Positions 9,540 through 17,901 of a stretch of 64,000 nucleotides of DNA are shown here, piece by piece. The translations under genes and the position numbers were made by a program. Positions within the stretch are counted from its first letter, which is position 1; every line of letters begins with the position of its first letter. The notes below the pieces were generated by a model, which saw only the letters and a list, made by a program, of their open reading frames with translations, did not search any database and had not been told where the DNA came from. Source of the DNA: Candidatus Eiseniibacteriota bacterium (GTDB lineage: Bacteria; Eisenbacteria; RBG-16-71-46; CAZAMP01); assembly GCA_965224245.1 (NCBI GenBank), contig OZ245046.1, positions 1,728,001-1,792,000 on the forward strand, read 5' to 3'.

Positions 9540-10412
9540 TCACGTGACACCCGCGCGTCTGGCCGCGGTCGTCAGCGCACGCCGCGTCAGCACCTCTACG
9601 AGCTCGTGCCGGTAGTCCACCGTGCCGCGGACGTCGGTGATGGGCCGGGCCTCGGTGGCGGCGATCGCGGCGGCCGTCGCGACGCACTCCGCCGTGGGCA
9701 TCTCCCCCACGAGTGCGCGACCGCACGCGGCGGCCAGGAGCGGCGTCGGCCCCACCGCGCCGAGCACGACGCGCGCGTCGGCGATGGTCCCGCCGTCCAG
9801 CACGATCCGGGCGGCCACGGCGGCCACCGCGAGGGCGGAGCCCCGGCGTCGGGAGAAGCGTTCGTACGCGGCGCCCGAGTGCGGCGGCTGTCGCGGGATC
9901 CGGATCTCGGTGAGGAGCTCGCCCGGCTCGAGCACCGTCCGGCGGGGACCGCGGAAGAAGTCGAGCGCCGCGAGCGTGCGTGAGCCGCCGTCGGCCTCGA
10001 GCGTCAGCGTGGCATCGCCGGCGATACAGATGGGGGGCGTGTCGGCACAGGGAACGGCCCGACAGAAGTTGCCGCCGATCGTGGCCTGGTTGCGAACCTG
10101 CTCCCCCGCCACGGTGCGTGCCGCCTCGGCCAGCGGCGCGAAGTGCTCGCGAACGTACGGGTCGTCGCAGACGTGCGTGAGGGACGCGGTGGCGCCGACG
10201 ACCAGCTCGGACCCGTCCATGCGGATCTCGCGCAGATCGGCGACCCGGGACAGATCGATCAGGTGCTCGACGCGGTCGCGCCCCTGCTTGAGGTCGGGCA
10301 GCACCTCGGTGCCCCCCGCGAGGTAGCAGGCCCCAACGCCCAGACGGCGCCCCAGCGCACTGGCCTCGGCCAGCGTCTCGGGTCGGTGATACGAGAAGTC
10401 ACCCATTCGCAT
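9540..10412 (-). CDS. FAD-binding subunit of xanthine-oxidase family (CoxM/HcrB-like, no [4Fe-4S] insert)
   Basis: YHRPETL, LAGGTEV, QVRNQATIGGN, ADTPP, PITDVRGT..YR. Confidence 0.9.
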   Translation of the reverse strand: MRMGDFSYHRPETLAEASALGRRLGVGACYLAGGTEVLPDLKQGRDRVEHLIDLSRVADLREIRMDGSELVVGATASLTHVCDDPYVREHFAPLAEAARTVAGEQVRNQATIGGNFCRAVPCADTPPICIAGDATLTLEADGGSRTLAALDFFRGPRRTVLEPGELLTEIRIPRQPPHSGAAYERFSRRRGSALAVAAVAARIVLDGGTIADARVVLGAVGPTPLLAAACGRALVGEMPTAECVATAAAIAATEARPITDVRGTVDYRHELVEVLTRRALTTAARRAGVT

Positions 10413-10464
10413 GGACTTATGGCTCTCGCGTTGGGGCCGGCGGGCGCTCGCGCCGCTCTAGATC

Positions 10465-10476
10465 GAACGTCCGTTC
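10465..10476. promoter_or_regulatory. Palindrome GAACG-TC-CGTTC, candidate TetR operator
   Basis: Inverted repeat about 55 bp upstream of the first gene of the TetR-containing operon. Confidence 0.35.
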
Positions 10477-10562
10477 CGTAGGATCCGGCCCGGAGGAGGG
10501 CCCGTCTATCCGTAGTTTCCGAAGTGGTCCGGGCCGGCCTGCCCGCTGCGGTGATCGGGACA

Positions 10563-10644
10563 CCGGAGAGCGACGGCGCCCCGGATCGGCCGGAGAGCGA
10601 CGGCATCTCGGATCGGCTGGAGAAGCGACGGCAGGCGGGATCGG
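10563..10644. repeat. Three tandem imperfect ~27-bp direct repeats (cYggaga(a)gcgacggc...ggatcgg)
   Basis: Units at 10563-10589, 10590-10616 and 10617-10644, read directly from the sequence. Confidence 0.8.
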
Positions 10645-11132
10645 CGGGACCGCGGGCCGGGCCGTGTCGCCATGCGCCTCGCCGGGCTCCTCCACGAGCG
10701 CCGCACCCGCACCCCTCCTCGAGCCGGACGATGCACACCCCACGTCGCGTCGGAGTACGAGTTGCGAACGGGTCGAGCAGTCTGCACGCGTCCCCGATGG
10801 TCGAGATCGTGCAATCGATCCGTCGCGACGATCCGTGATCGACGACGCGAACGTGACCGGTGGCGACGGGAGCGCGATGTGTGCGGAGTGCAAACTATCG
10901 CGTTGATCCCGCCTTCGGAGTAGTCCACGATCCCCTGTCGTGAGGACACGTCGCTACGTGGTAGCCGCAGGGCAGGTAAGTACTTTCCGTTCCGGGACGA
11001 AATCGTGCTTGGTAATCGGCACGCTGTTCGACAATAAAGACGTTGGCCGCCACTACACGGTGACCGTGCGGTGGCTTAACTTTGGCTGAAACCTTTTCGC
11101 TGGAATAGAACACTCGGAGAGAGGGGGCTACG

Positions 11133-12119
11133 ATGTCCGCGTGTGACAAGACAGCGTTGTGGTTCAAGAGAGCGGCGGTGCTCACGACCGTCGCCACGGT
11201 GACGGTCGTGCTGGCGTCATGCGATCGTGAGGTCACGCGCATCGTGTCCAACGAGGAGCCGTCGACCTGTGCGTCGTGTCACGTGTCGAACGACCTGATC
11301 ACCGCGAAGCAGACGCAGTGGGCGGAGTCGGGCCACGGCATGGGCGAGGCTTACGTACGCGGGACCCGGTCCAGCTGCGCCGGGTGCCACTCCGGCAGCG
11401 CCTTCTCGGAGATGATCGCGGCGGGTCTCAATCCGGGCAGCGTCGAATCGGGTGATCCGGAGCCGACTCGCCAGGACTGCCGCGCCTGCCACATGATCCA
11501 CGAGACCTACACCGAGGCCGACTTCGCGCTGGAGACCGAGGCGCCGGTGACCTTCTACGCCATGGAGGGCGTGACCTTCCGCGGCGGCGAGGGGAACCTG
11601 TGCGTCAACTGCCATCAGCCGCGCCGCGTCATCCCCGAGCCCGGCGAGGACGGGATGATCACCGGCATCACGAGCCACTGGGGACCGCACCACGGTCCGC
11701 AGAGCTCCATGCTGCTCGGAGTCGGTGGGGCCGGCGTGGACGACATGGTGAGCGGTCACTACGGGGCCGTCGTCAACACCTGCGTGCACTGCCACATGGG
11801 CGATGAGAAAAACCACACCTTCGAGCCCGAGGTCGAGAGATGCCAGGGCTGTCACCCCGATGCCGAGAACTTCGACATCGAGGGCGTGCAGACCGAGATG
11901 GAGGCGCTCATCGACGAGCTCGGCGAGCTGCTGGTGGCGAGAGGCCTGATCGACGAGAACTCGGAAGACGGCCACCCCATCGTCCGCTCGGCGCCCGAGG
12001 ACGAAGCGATCGCGCTGTGGAACTGGATCTACGTCGCCCACGAGGACAAGAGCAAGGGCGTCCACAACGCGAACTATACGAGAGCACTGCTCCTGGAAGG
12101 CCTGTCGCGGCTGGAGTAG
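11133..12119 (+). CDS. Hexaheme c-type cytochrome lipoprotein
   Basis: Lipobox VLASC; six CxxCH (CASCH, CAGCH, CRACH, CVNCH, CVHCH, CQGCH); WGPHHGPQ; C-terminal helical DKSKGVHNANY..LL. Confidence 0.9.
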   Translation: MSACDKTALWFKRAAVLTTVATVTVVLASCDREVTRIVSNEEPSTCASCHVSNDLITAKQTQWAESGHGMGEAYVRGTRSSCAGCHSGSAFSEMIAAGLNPGSVESGDPEPTRQDCRACHMIHETYTEADFALETEAPVTFYAMEGVTFRGGEGNLCVNCHQPRRVIPEPGEDGMITGITSHWGPHHGPQSSMLLGVGGAGVDDMVSGHYGAVVNTCVHCHMGDEKNHTFEPEVERCQGCHPDAENFDIEGVQTEMEALIDELGELLVARGLIDENSEDGHPIVRSAPEDEAIALWNWIYVAHEDKSKGVHNANYTRALLLEGLSRLE

Positions 12120-12159
12120 TCGACGGTCGACGGGGCGGTCCGGCCGCCCTCTGAGGAAC

Positions 12160-12204
12160 ACGGCCCGGCGAGGGTCCTCTCCCTCGCTCGGGCCGTTCGT
12201 GTTT
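12160..12204 (+). terminator. GC-rich hairpin after the cytochrome gene (possible intrinsic terminator)
   Basis: acggcccg-gcgaggg ... ccctcgc-t-cgggccgt followed by tcgtgttt. Confidence 0.45.
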
Positions 12205-12474
12205 CGACTCGGTTGACGTCGGGTCCGGATGCCCGATGCGGGCCGTCCATCGAGGTCGTCGCCGGGACGATGGCGAAAGCCGTGACCGCGAGCCCCCCAC
12301 CTAGCCCCCGAAGAGATCGTGATCCGCGTCGGTAGCCGACGCCGACAAAACGGGCATCTCCATGGTGCATCGACATCAATGTGCTGGACCCGGAACCCGA
12401 TGGCATCGGATGCCCCGAGCTGTCAGAATCCACGTTCGTCACCGGCCGGACCCTCTCGAACCCTGGAGGACCCC

Positions 12475-14133
12475 GTGACCCACCGCGCCCCGTGGCTCGC
12501 TCTCGTGCTCGGTCTCGTGTCCGCTCCCTCCGCTCCCGCCGGCGACTCGACCGTCGGCACGCTGGTCAACTCGCTCGACGCCTACCTCGGCTACACGCTC
12601 TTCTCACCGATGCTCTACAACGAGACGTACCTCATCACGAACGACGGCCGGGTGGTGAAGACCTGGCGCAGCGACCACGTCGTGGGAAACTCGGCCTACC
12701 TGCTCGAGAACGGTGACCTGCTGCGGACCGCCGACCCCGGAAGCCCGTACTTCGTCGTGGGCGGCGACGCCGGTCTCGTCGAACGCTACGACTGGGACGG
12801 CAACCTCGTGTGGAGCTTCCTCTACTCCGACGAGCAGGTGCGCGCCCACCACGACGTCGCGCCGCTCCCGAACGGCAACGTGCTCATCCTCGCGTTCGAG
12901 CTCATCACGGGCGAGGAGGCGATCGCCGCGGGACGCGACCCGGCCCGGCTCGTGGATGGCGAGATCTGGGCCGAGCACGTGGTCGAGGTCGAGCCCGTGG
13001 GTACGAACGGGGGCAACATCGTCTGGGAGTGGCACGTCTGGGATCACCTGATCCAGGACTTCGACCCGACCCGGGACGACTACGGCGTCGTGGCCGAGCA
13101 CCCCGAGCGCTTCGACGTGAACTTCGGCGGCACCAGCGCGGACTGGATGCACGCGAACGCGATCGACTACCACCCGGGGCTGGATCAGATCATGATCTCG
13201 TCTCCGTTCTGGAGCGAGTTCTGGATCATCGATCACGGCACGACGACCGAGGAGGCCGCCGGCCACACCGGAGGACCCCGCGGACGGGGCGGCGACGTGC
13301 TCTATCGCTGGGGGAATCCCCAGGCCTATCGTGCGGGCACGAAGGCCGACCGCAAGCTCTACGGACAGCACCATCCCCACTGGATTCCCGACGACCTGCC
13401 GGGGGCCGGACACGTCCTGGTGTTCAACAACGGCCAGGGACGTCCGGAGGGTGCGTACTCGAGCGTGGAGGAGATCGTCACCCCCGTCGACGCGGACGGT
13501 GACTATCCCGTCCCGCCCGCCGGCACCGCCCACGGTCCCGCCGACGCGTCATGGATCTACGCCACCGGGACCAGCGACTTCTACTCCCCCTTCATCTCCG
13601 GCGCCCAGCGCCTCGTGAACGGCAGCACCCTGATCTGCCAGGGTCCCCAGGGGACGTTCTTCGAGATCGACGAGGGGAAATCGGAGGTATGGCGCTACGT
13701 GAGCCCGGTCAACGGGGACGGCGCGATCTGCCAGGGGGAGACGCCGTCACAGAACCTGGTCTTCCGGGCGCAGCGCTTCGCTCCCGACTTCGCGGGGTTC
13801 GCCGGTCGCACGCTGATCGCGGGCGACCGGATCGAGGACTGCATCCTCGCCGCAGGCGGTGCAGCCGCGGACGTTCGGCCGATCGTGTACGCAGCCCCGA
13901 ACCCACTGATTACCCGCGCGGAGATTCGCTACACGCTGGATGTGGCCGCGACCGTCACGTTGCGCGTCGTCGACGTCGCGGGGCGCGTCGTCCACGAGCT
14001 CGCGGCCGGACCTCGGCCCGCCGGCGCGCACGCGGAGGTGTGGGACGCGGCAGACGTCGCTCCCGGCGTTTACTTCTACGAGCTCCGCGCGGGCTCGGCG
14101 CGGCACGTGGATCGACTGACCGTTCTCGAGTGA
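12475..14133 (+). CDS. Secreted aryl-sulfate sulfotransferase (ASST)-like beta-propeller with FlgD/T9SS-like C-terminal domain
   Basis: GGAGG RBS + GTG 12475; signal peptide; HHDV..LPNGN, DWMHANAIDY, YRWGNP, GQHHPHW, SGAQRL; C-terminus PNP..VDVAGRVV..PGVYFYEL. Confidence 0.85.
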   Translation: MTHRAPWLALVLGLVSAPSAPAGDSTVGTLVNSLDAYLGYTLFSPMLYNETYLITNDGRVVKTWRSDHVVGNSAYLLENGDLLRTADPGSPYFVVGGDAGLVERYDWDGNLVWSFLYSDEQVRAHHDVAPLPNGNVLILAFELITGEEAIAAGRDPARLVDGEIWAEHVVEVEPVGTNGGNIVWEWHVWDHLIQDFDPTRDDYGVVAEHPERFDVNFGGTSADWMHANAIDYHPGLDQIMISSPFWSEFWIIDHGTTTEEAAGHTGGPRGRGGDVLYRWGNPQAYRAGTKADRKLYGQHHPHWIPDDLPGAGHVLVFNNGQGRPEGAYSSVEEIVTPVDADGDYPVPPAGTAHGPADASWIYATGTSDFYSPFISGAQRLVNGSTLICQGPQGTFFEIDEGKSEVWRYVSPVNGDGAICQGETPSQNLVFRAQRFAPDFAGFAGRTLIAGDRIEDCILAAGGAAADVRPIVYAAPNPLITRAEIRYTLDVAATVTLRVVDVAGRVVHELAAGPRPAGAHAEVWDAADVAPGVYFYELRAGSARHVDRLTVLE

Positions 14134-14178
14134 CGCCTACCATCCGAGCCCCAACACCCGGGTGTCGGGCGACGCCGA

Positions 14179-17100
14179 CTATGGAAGTCGCAGCACCCGG
14201 GTGTCACGAACGCGCCCGGGCGCGGTGAGCCGGATGAAGTAGACGCCCGGCATCACCGTGCGATGGTGCGCATCCCGCCCGTCCCACGTGATCGTGTGGG
14301 CGCCGACCGGGTAGACGCCGTCGCCGAGCGTCGCGACGCGCCGGCCTCCGACGTCGTAGGCGGCGATCGTCACGTGCTCGTCGGTCCCGGCGAATCCCGA
14401 GGCGATGAACCCGATCCGGAGCGGGCCTGCCCGCCACGGGCTCGGCCCCACCGACAGCGCGGACGGTGCCCGCACGGTTCCCTCGTGGAGCACGACGGCC
14501 TCCCCGAGGCCGTTCCGGGCGGTGAGTCGAAGCTCGCTCCCCCACGCGCCGTCCAGCACGAGCGTGCCTTCGGTGGCATCGGCGATCTCGGTTCGCCACG
14601 GCGCGCCGCCCCGCCGCGTCTCGACGTCGTAGCGAACGCCCGCGTCGGGACCGGGCTCGGTGGCCCAGGAGATCACGGTCTCCCGCTCGCGCGAGTCGAT
14701 CGCGAACCGCGTCAGCGCGATGGCGGCGTCGATGGTGAACGACGCGCCGGTGGTCGCCTCGCCGGAGACCGCGGAATCGGAGGGGACGACGCGGACCTCC
14801 GCGAAGCGCGTCGGGAGATGCGGGACGCGCACCGTCACGCGATTGGCGCCGGCTCCCCCGACCCCGGCGACGAGGGATCGATACGTCGACCCGCCGTCGA
14901 GCGACAGCTCCAGATCCGCGGGCTGAGCACCGTCCCAGCGTACCTCGACCGGCGCGCCCACGTTCCAGGTCTCGCCCCCGGTGGGCGCGGTGAGGTGGTA
15001 GCGATTCAGGTCGAGAAGACGCGCGATCCCGCTGCCCTGCGACGGACGAGCGGTCAGGAGATCCGCGAAGCCGTCGTCCACGTGGTCGCCTCCCGCCGCG
15101 ACGCGCTCCCCGAGACGATCCCCGGGTGTGCCGTACATCGTCACGTCGGCGATCGCGTCCAGACGCGGCCCCCCGAAGTACACGTCGATGCGCCCCGCGT
15201 CCACACCCGCCGCATCGGAGCCCGGCGAGCCGACGACGACGTCGGCGTAGCCGTCGCCGTTGAGATCCGGATGGAGGACGACGGCGGCGCCGGTCTCGTC
15301 GCCCGTCGCGCCCTCGATCACGAGTGCCGGGACGTCACTGACGTCGAAGGCGCCGAGGTACACGTACGCCCGGCCGGCATCGTCACCCACGCGGTCGTCG
15401 GTCGGGGCCCCGACCACGAAGTCGGGTCGTCCGTCCCCGTTCACGTCCCAACCGGCGCTCACGGCCGACGCGAAGGAGTCGCCGGGCCAGGGCTGGTCGA
15501 TCCGGATCGCACCCGAGCCCGAGCCGCTCGCCCCGCCGAGCCACAGGTAGACGTCGTCGTTGCCGTCGAGGCGTCCCACGACGTCGTCGTATCCGTCGCC
15601 GTCCACGTCGCCGGCGGCCACGCCGTTCTCGACGTTGCGATCGGCGTCGTAGCCGGTGTCGAAGGCCGGGCCGCCGTAGTAGATGTAGGTGGAGCCGTCG
15701 TAGGACTCGGAGATCGCGACGTCCTCGAAGCCGTCGCCGTTGAAGTCGCCCGCGCTCCCCACGTGCGAGCCGAACCGCTGCACGCCGATCCCGCCGTCGA
15801 AGGTGGCGTCCGCGACACCGTCGAACGACGGACCGCCGAGGTACACGAACACGCTCCCGCCGCCGGCCGCCTCGGTGGCCCCGACGAGGAGATCGGGGTG
15901 CCCGTCCGCGTCGACGTCCGCGGCCCCGACGCTCGTTCCGAAGAGGTCGTTCGAGCTCGGTCCGCCGATGACGACGTCGGGAACGTCATCGAGAGCCGGT
16001 CCCCCGAAGAAGACGAACGCGGCCCCGGCGTTCGAGCCCACGACGTCGTCCTGGGGGGCGCCCACCGCGAAGTCGTCGTGGCCGTCGGCGTTCAGGTCGC
16101 CCGCGTTCACGAGGCTCTCACCGAACCGCGAGGACCCCGACGTGCCGGAGAGCGACACCGCCTCGCGCTGAGCGATCGCCGGAGGCGCGACCGCTCGCAC
16201 GAGGCGTAGCGGCCCCACGGTGCGCGACGTCCCGGGCCCAGCCGCGCGGCCGGTGTACGTGATCCGGATGCTCGCGGCGTCGGTCACCACGTCGGGCATC
16301 GGGATCGTCAGCGTGTTCTCGTCGTCGCCCCCGACGCCGTGAGCCACCTCGATCCACGTGTGGCCGTCGACGGACGTGCTGACGTCGGCCCGGTCGTGCC
16401 CGCGCCAGCGCACGACGGCCTCTTTGCCGGCGACGAGTCGCGTGCCCGGCGACGGTGCGAGTATCTGGTACGGGAAGACCTCCTCGACCCATATGCGACC
16501 CCGGGCCGTGCCTCCCTCGTCATCGTATGGAGCGCTGAACGCGACGTCGGGATAGCCGTCGCCGTCCATGTCCCCCACGCCGGTGACGGCGGTGCCGAGC
16601 CGATCGGCACCGGTGCCGAACCAGCTCAGCGTCGGTGTCGTGCTGAGCGCCGATCCGCCGAGAAACAGATCCGCGCGACCCGCGTTGCCGATCGACCCGA
16701 CCGGAAACGCGTACGAGCCCACGAGAATGTCGTCGTACCCGTCGTGATCGACGTCGCCGGCCGCCGCCACGCTCGTGCCCATGCCGTGATTGGGGATCTG
16801 CCCCGGGAGTGTGACGCCCCGGAGCGAGAACCCGTCGGGTGCACCGTACTTCACGTAGACGAGGCCGTACCCGAGCTCGGCGTTCGGTCCTCCGACGGCG
16901 AAGTCGTCGAAGCCGTCGGCGTCGACGTCGCCAACGCCGGCGATGGCAGCCCCGAAGTCGTCGTCGGTGTCGCCGAAGATGCTGAGGTCGGCCGTCACGT
17001 CCAGGTGGCGGGAGCCGAAGTACCCCGCGATGAAGCTGCCGGTCGGCGCCCCGACCGCGAAGTCGTCGAGACCGTCGTCGTTGTAGTCGCCGATGATGGC

Positions 17101-17775
17101 CACGGCCGCGCCGTAGTCCGTGCCGGCCACGGGACCCACGATCTGCGCGTCGGCCACGGTGTCGTAGCCGAGACCGCCACGGTACAGGTGGACGCGTCCC
17201 GTGCTCGCGTAGCCGGGCTCGGAGATGACGATGTCGTCGTACGCGTCCCCGTCGACGTCGCCGCCGCCGGCCAGCGCGTAGCCGAAGAGCCCGCCGGACA
17301 CGGGGCCGTCGAAGGACACGTCCGCGGTGCCGTCGAGGCCGGGACCGCCGAAGAAGATGTCGACGTGCCCGGAGCTCCCACCACTGGCCGCGTCATTGTA
17401 ATCACCGACCATGATGTCGTCGTACCCGTCGCCGTTGAAGTCGCCTGCGCTGGCGCAAGTGACCCCAAAGCTCTGGGCGCTGCCGCTGGCGGGATACAGC
17501 ACGATGCTGAAGCTCTGCGGCGCCCGGGGCCCACCGAGATAGACGAAGGCGAGGCCGGTCACCCCGTAGGAGGGGGTGCCGATGACGAGGTCACCGTAGC
17601 CGTCGCCGTCGAAGTCGCCGCCGGCGATGGACGTGCCGTTATAGCCGCCGGCCGGGTGCCCGACGGTTTCCAGATACGTGTGGCTCGAGATGGCGACGGC
17701 GTACTCGGCCAGGGCGCAGAGGGCGATGACCGCGATGACCAGGACGGCGACGCGGCGGGCGGTCTTGCACGGCAT
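14179..17775 (-). CDS. Secreted FG-GAP (integrin-alpha-like) repeat protein, two propellers, FlgD-like C-terminal domain
   Basis: Signal peptide; many GDxNGDGxDDxxVGAP repeats in two blocks, each followed by an AP..G....G.....VRW Ig-like module; ends YDVGGRRV..WDGRD..PGVYFIRL. Confidence 0.9.
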   Translation of the reverse strand: MPCKTARRVAVLVIAVIALCALAEYAVAISSHTYLETVGHPAGGYNGTSIAGGDFDGDGYGDLVIGTPSYGVTGLAFVYLGGPRAPQSFSIVLYPASGSAQSFGVTCASAGDFNGDGYDDIMVGDYNDAASGGSSGHVDIFFGGPGLDGTADVSFDGPVSGGLFGYALAGGGDVDGDAYDDIVISEPGYASTGRVHLYRGGLGYDTVADAQIVGPVAGTDYGAAVAIIGDYNDDGLDDFAVGAPTGSFIAGYFGSRHLDVTADLSIFGDTDDDFGAAIAGVGDVDADGFDDFAVGGPNAELGYGLVYVKYGAPDGFSLRGVTLPGQIPNHGMGTSVAAAGDVDHDGYDDILVGSYAFPVGSIGNAGRADLFLGGSALSTTPTLSWFGTGADRLGTAVTGVGDMDGDGYPDVAFSAPYDDEGGTARGRIWVEEVFPYQILAPSPGTRLVAGKEAVVRWRGHDRADVSTSVDGHTWIEVAHGVGGDDENTLTIPMPDVVTDAASIRITYTGRAAGPGTSRTVGPLRLVRAVAPPAIAQREAVSLSGTSGSSRFGESLVNAGDLNADGHDDFAVGAPQDDVVGSNAGAAFVFFGGPALDDVPDVVIGGPSSNDLFGTSVGAADVDADGHPDLLVGATEAAGGGSVFVYLGGPSFDGVADATFDGGIGVQRFGSHVGSAGDFNGDGFEDVAISESYDGSTYIYYGGPAFDTGYDADRNVENGVAAGDVDGDGYDDVVGRLDGNDDVYLWLGGASGSGSGAIRIDQPWPGDSFASAVSAGWDVNGDGRPDFVVGAPTDDRVGDDAGRAYVYLGAFDVSDVPALVIEGATGDETGAAVVLHPDLNGDGYADVVVGSPGSDAAGVDAGRIDVYFGGPRLDAIADVTMYGTPGDRLGERVAAGGDHVDDGFADLLTARPSQGSGIARLLDLNRYHLTAPTGGETWNVGAPVEVRWDGAQPADLELSLDGGSTYRSLVAGVGGAGANRVTVRVPHLPTRFAEVRVVPSDSAVSGEATTGASFTIDAAIALTRFAIDSRERETVISWATEPGPDAGVRYDVETRRGGAPWRTEIADATEGTLVLDGAWGSELRLTARNGLGEAVVLHEGTVRAPSALSVGPSPWRAGPLRIGFIASGFAGTDEHVTIAAYDVGGRRVATLGDGVYPVGAHTITWDGRDAHHRTVMPGVYFIRLTAPGRVRDTRVLRLP

Positions 17776-17901
17776 GGGTCGACTCCGGACCGAGGGTCGG
17801 TGCGGTCACGGTCGGTCGCGACCGCTGTCGACAGGAGAACACCGGCACCCGCAGGAACCGCACGCGTCCGACCGGGGGGCCGCCCGGTTGCCAGGACCCG
17901 T

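Noticed and set aside
11017-11032. sigma54-like CGGCACG-N4-TCGA upstream of the hexaheme cytochrome
   Set aside because: The -12 element is GA rather than the near-invariant GC; insufficient support.
11133-12119. Calling the hexaheme protein NrfA nitrite reductase
   Set aside because: No CxxCK active-site motif, and heme count and size differ; only the C-terminal helix motif is similar.
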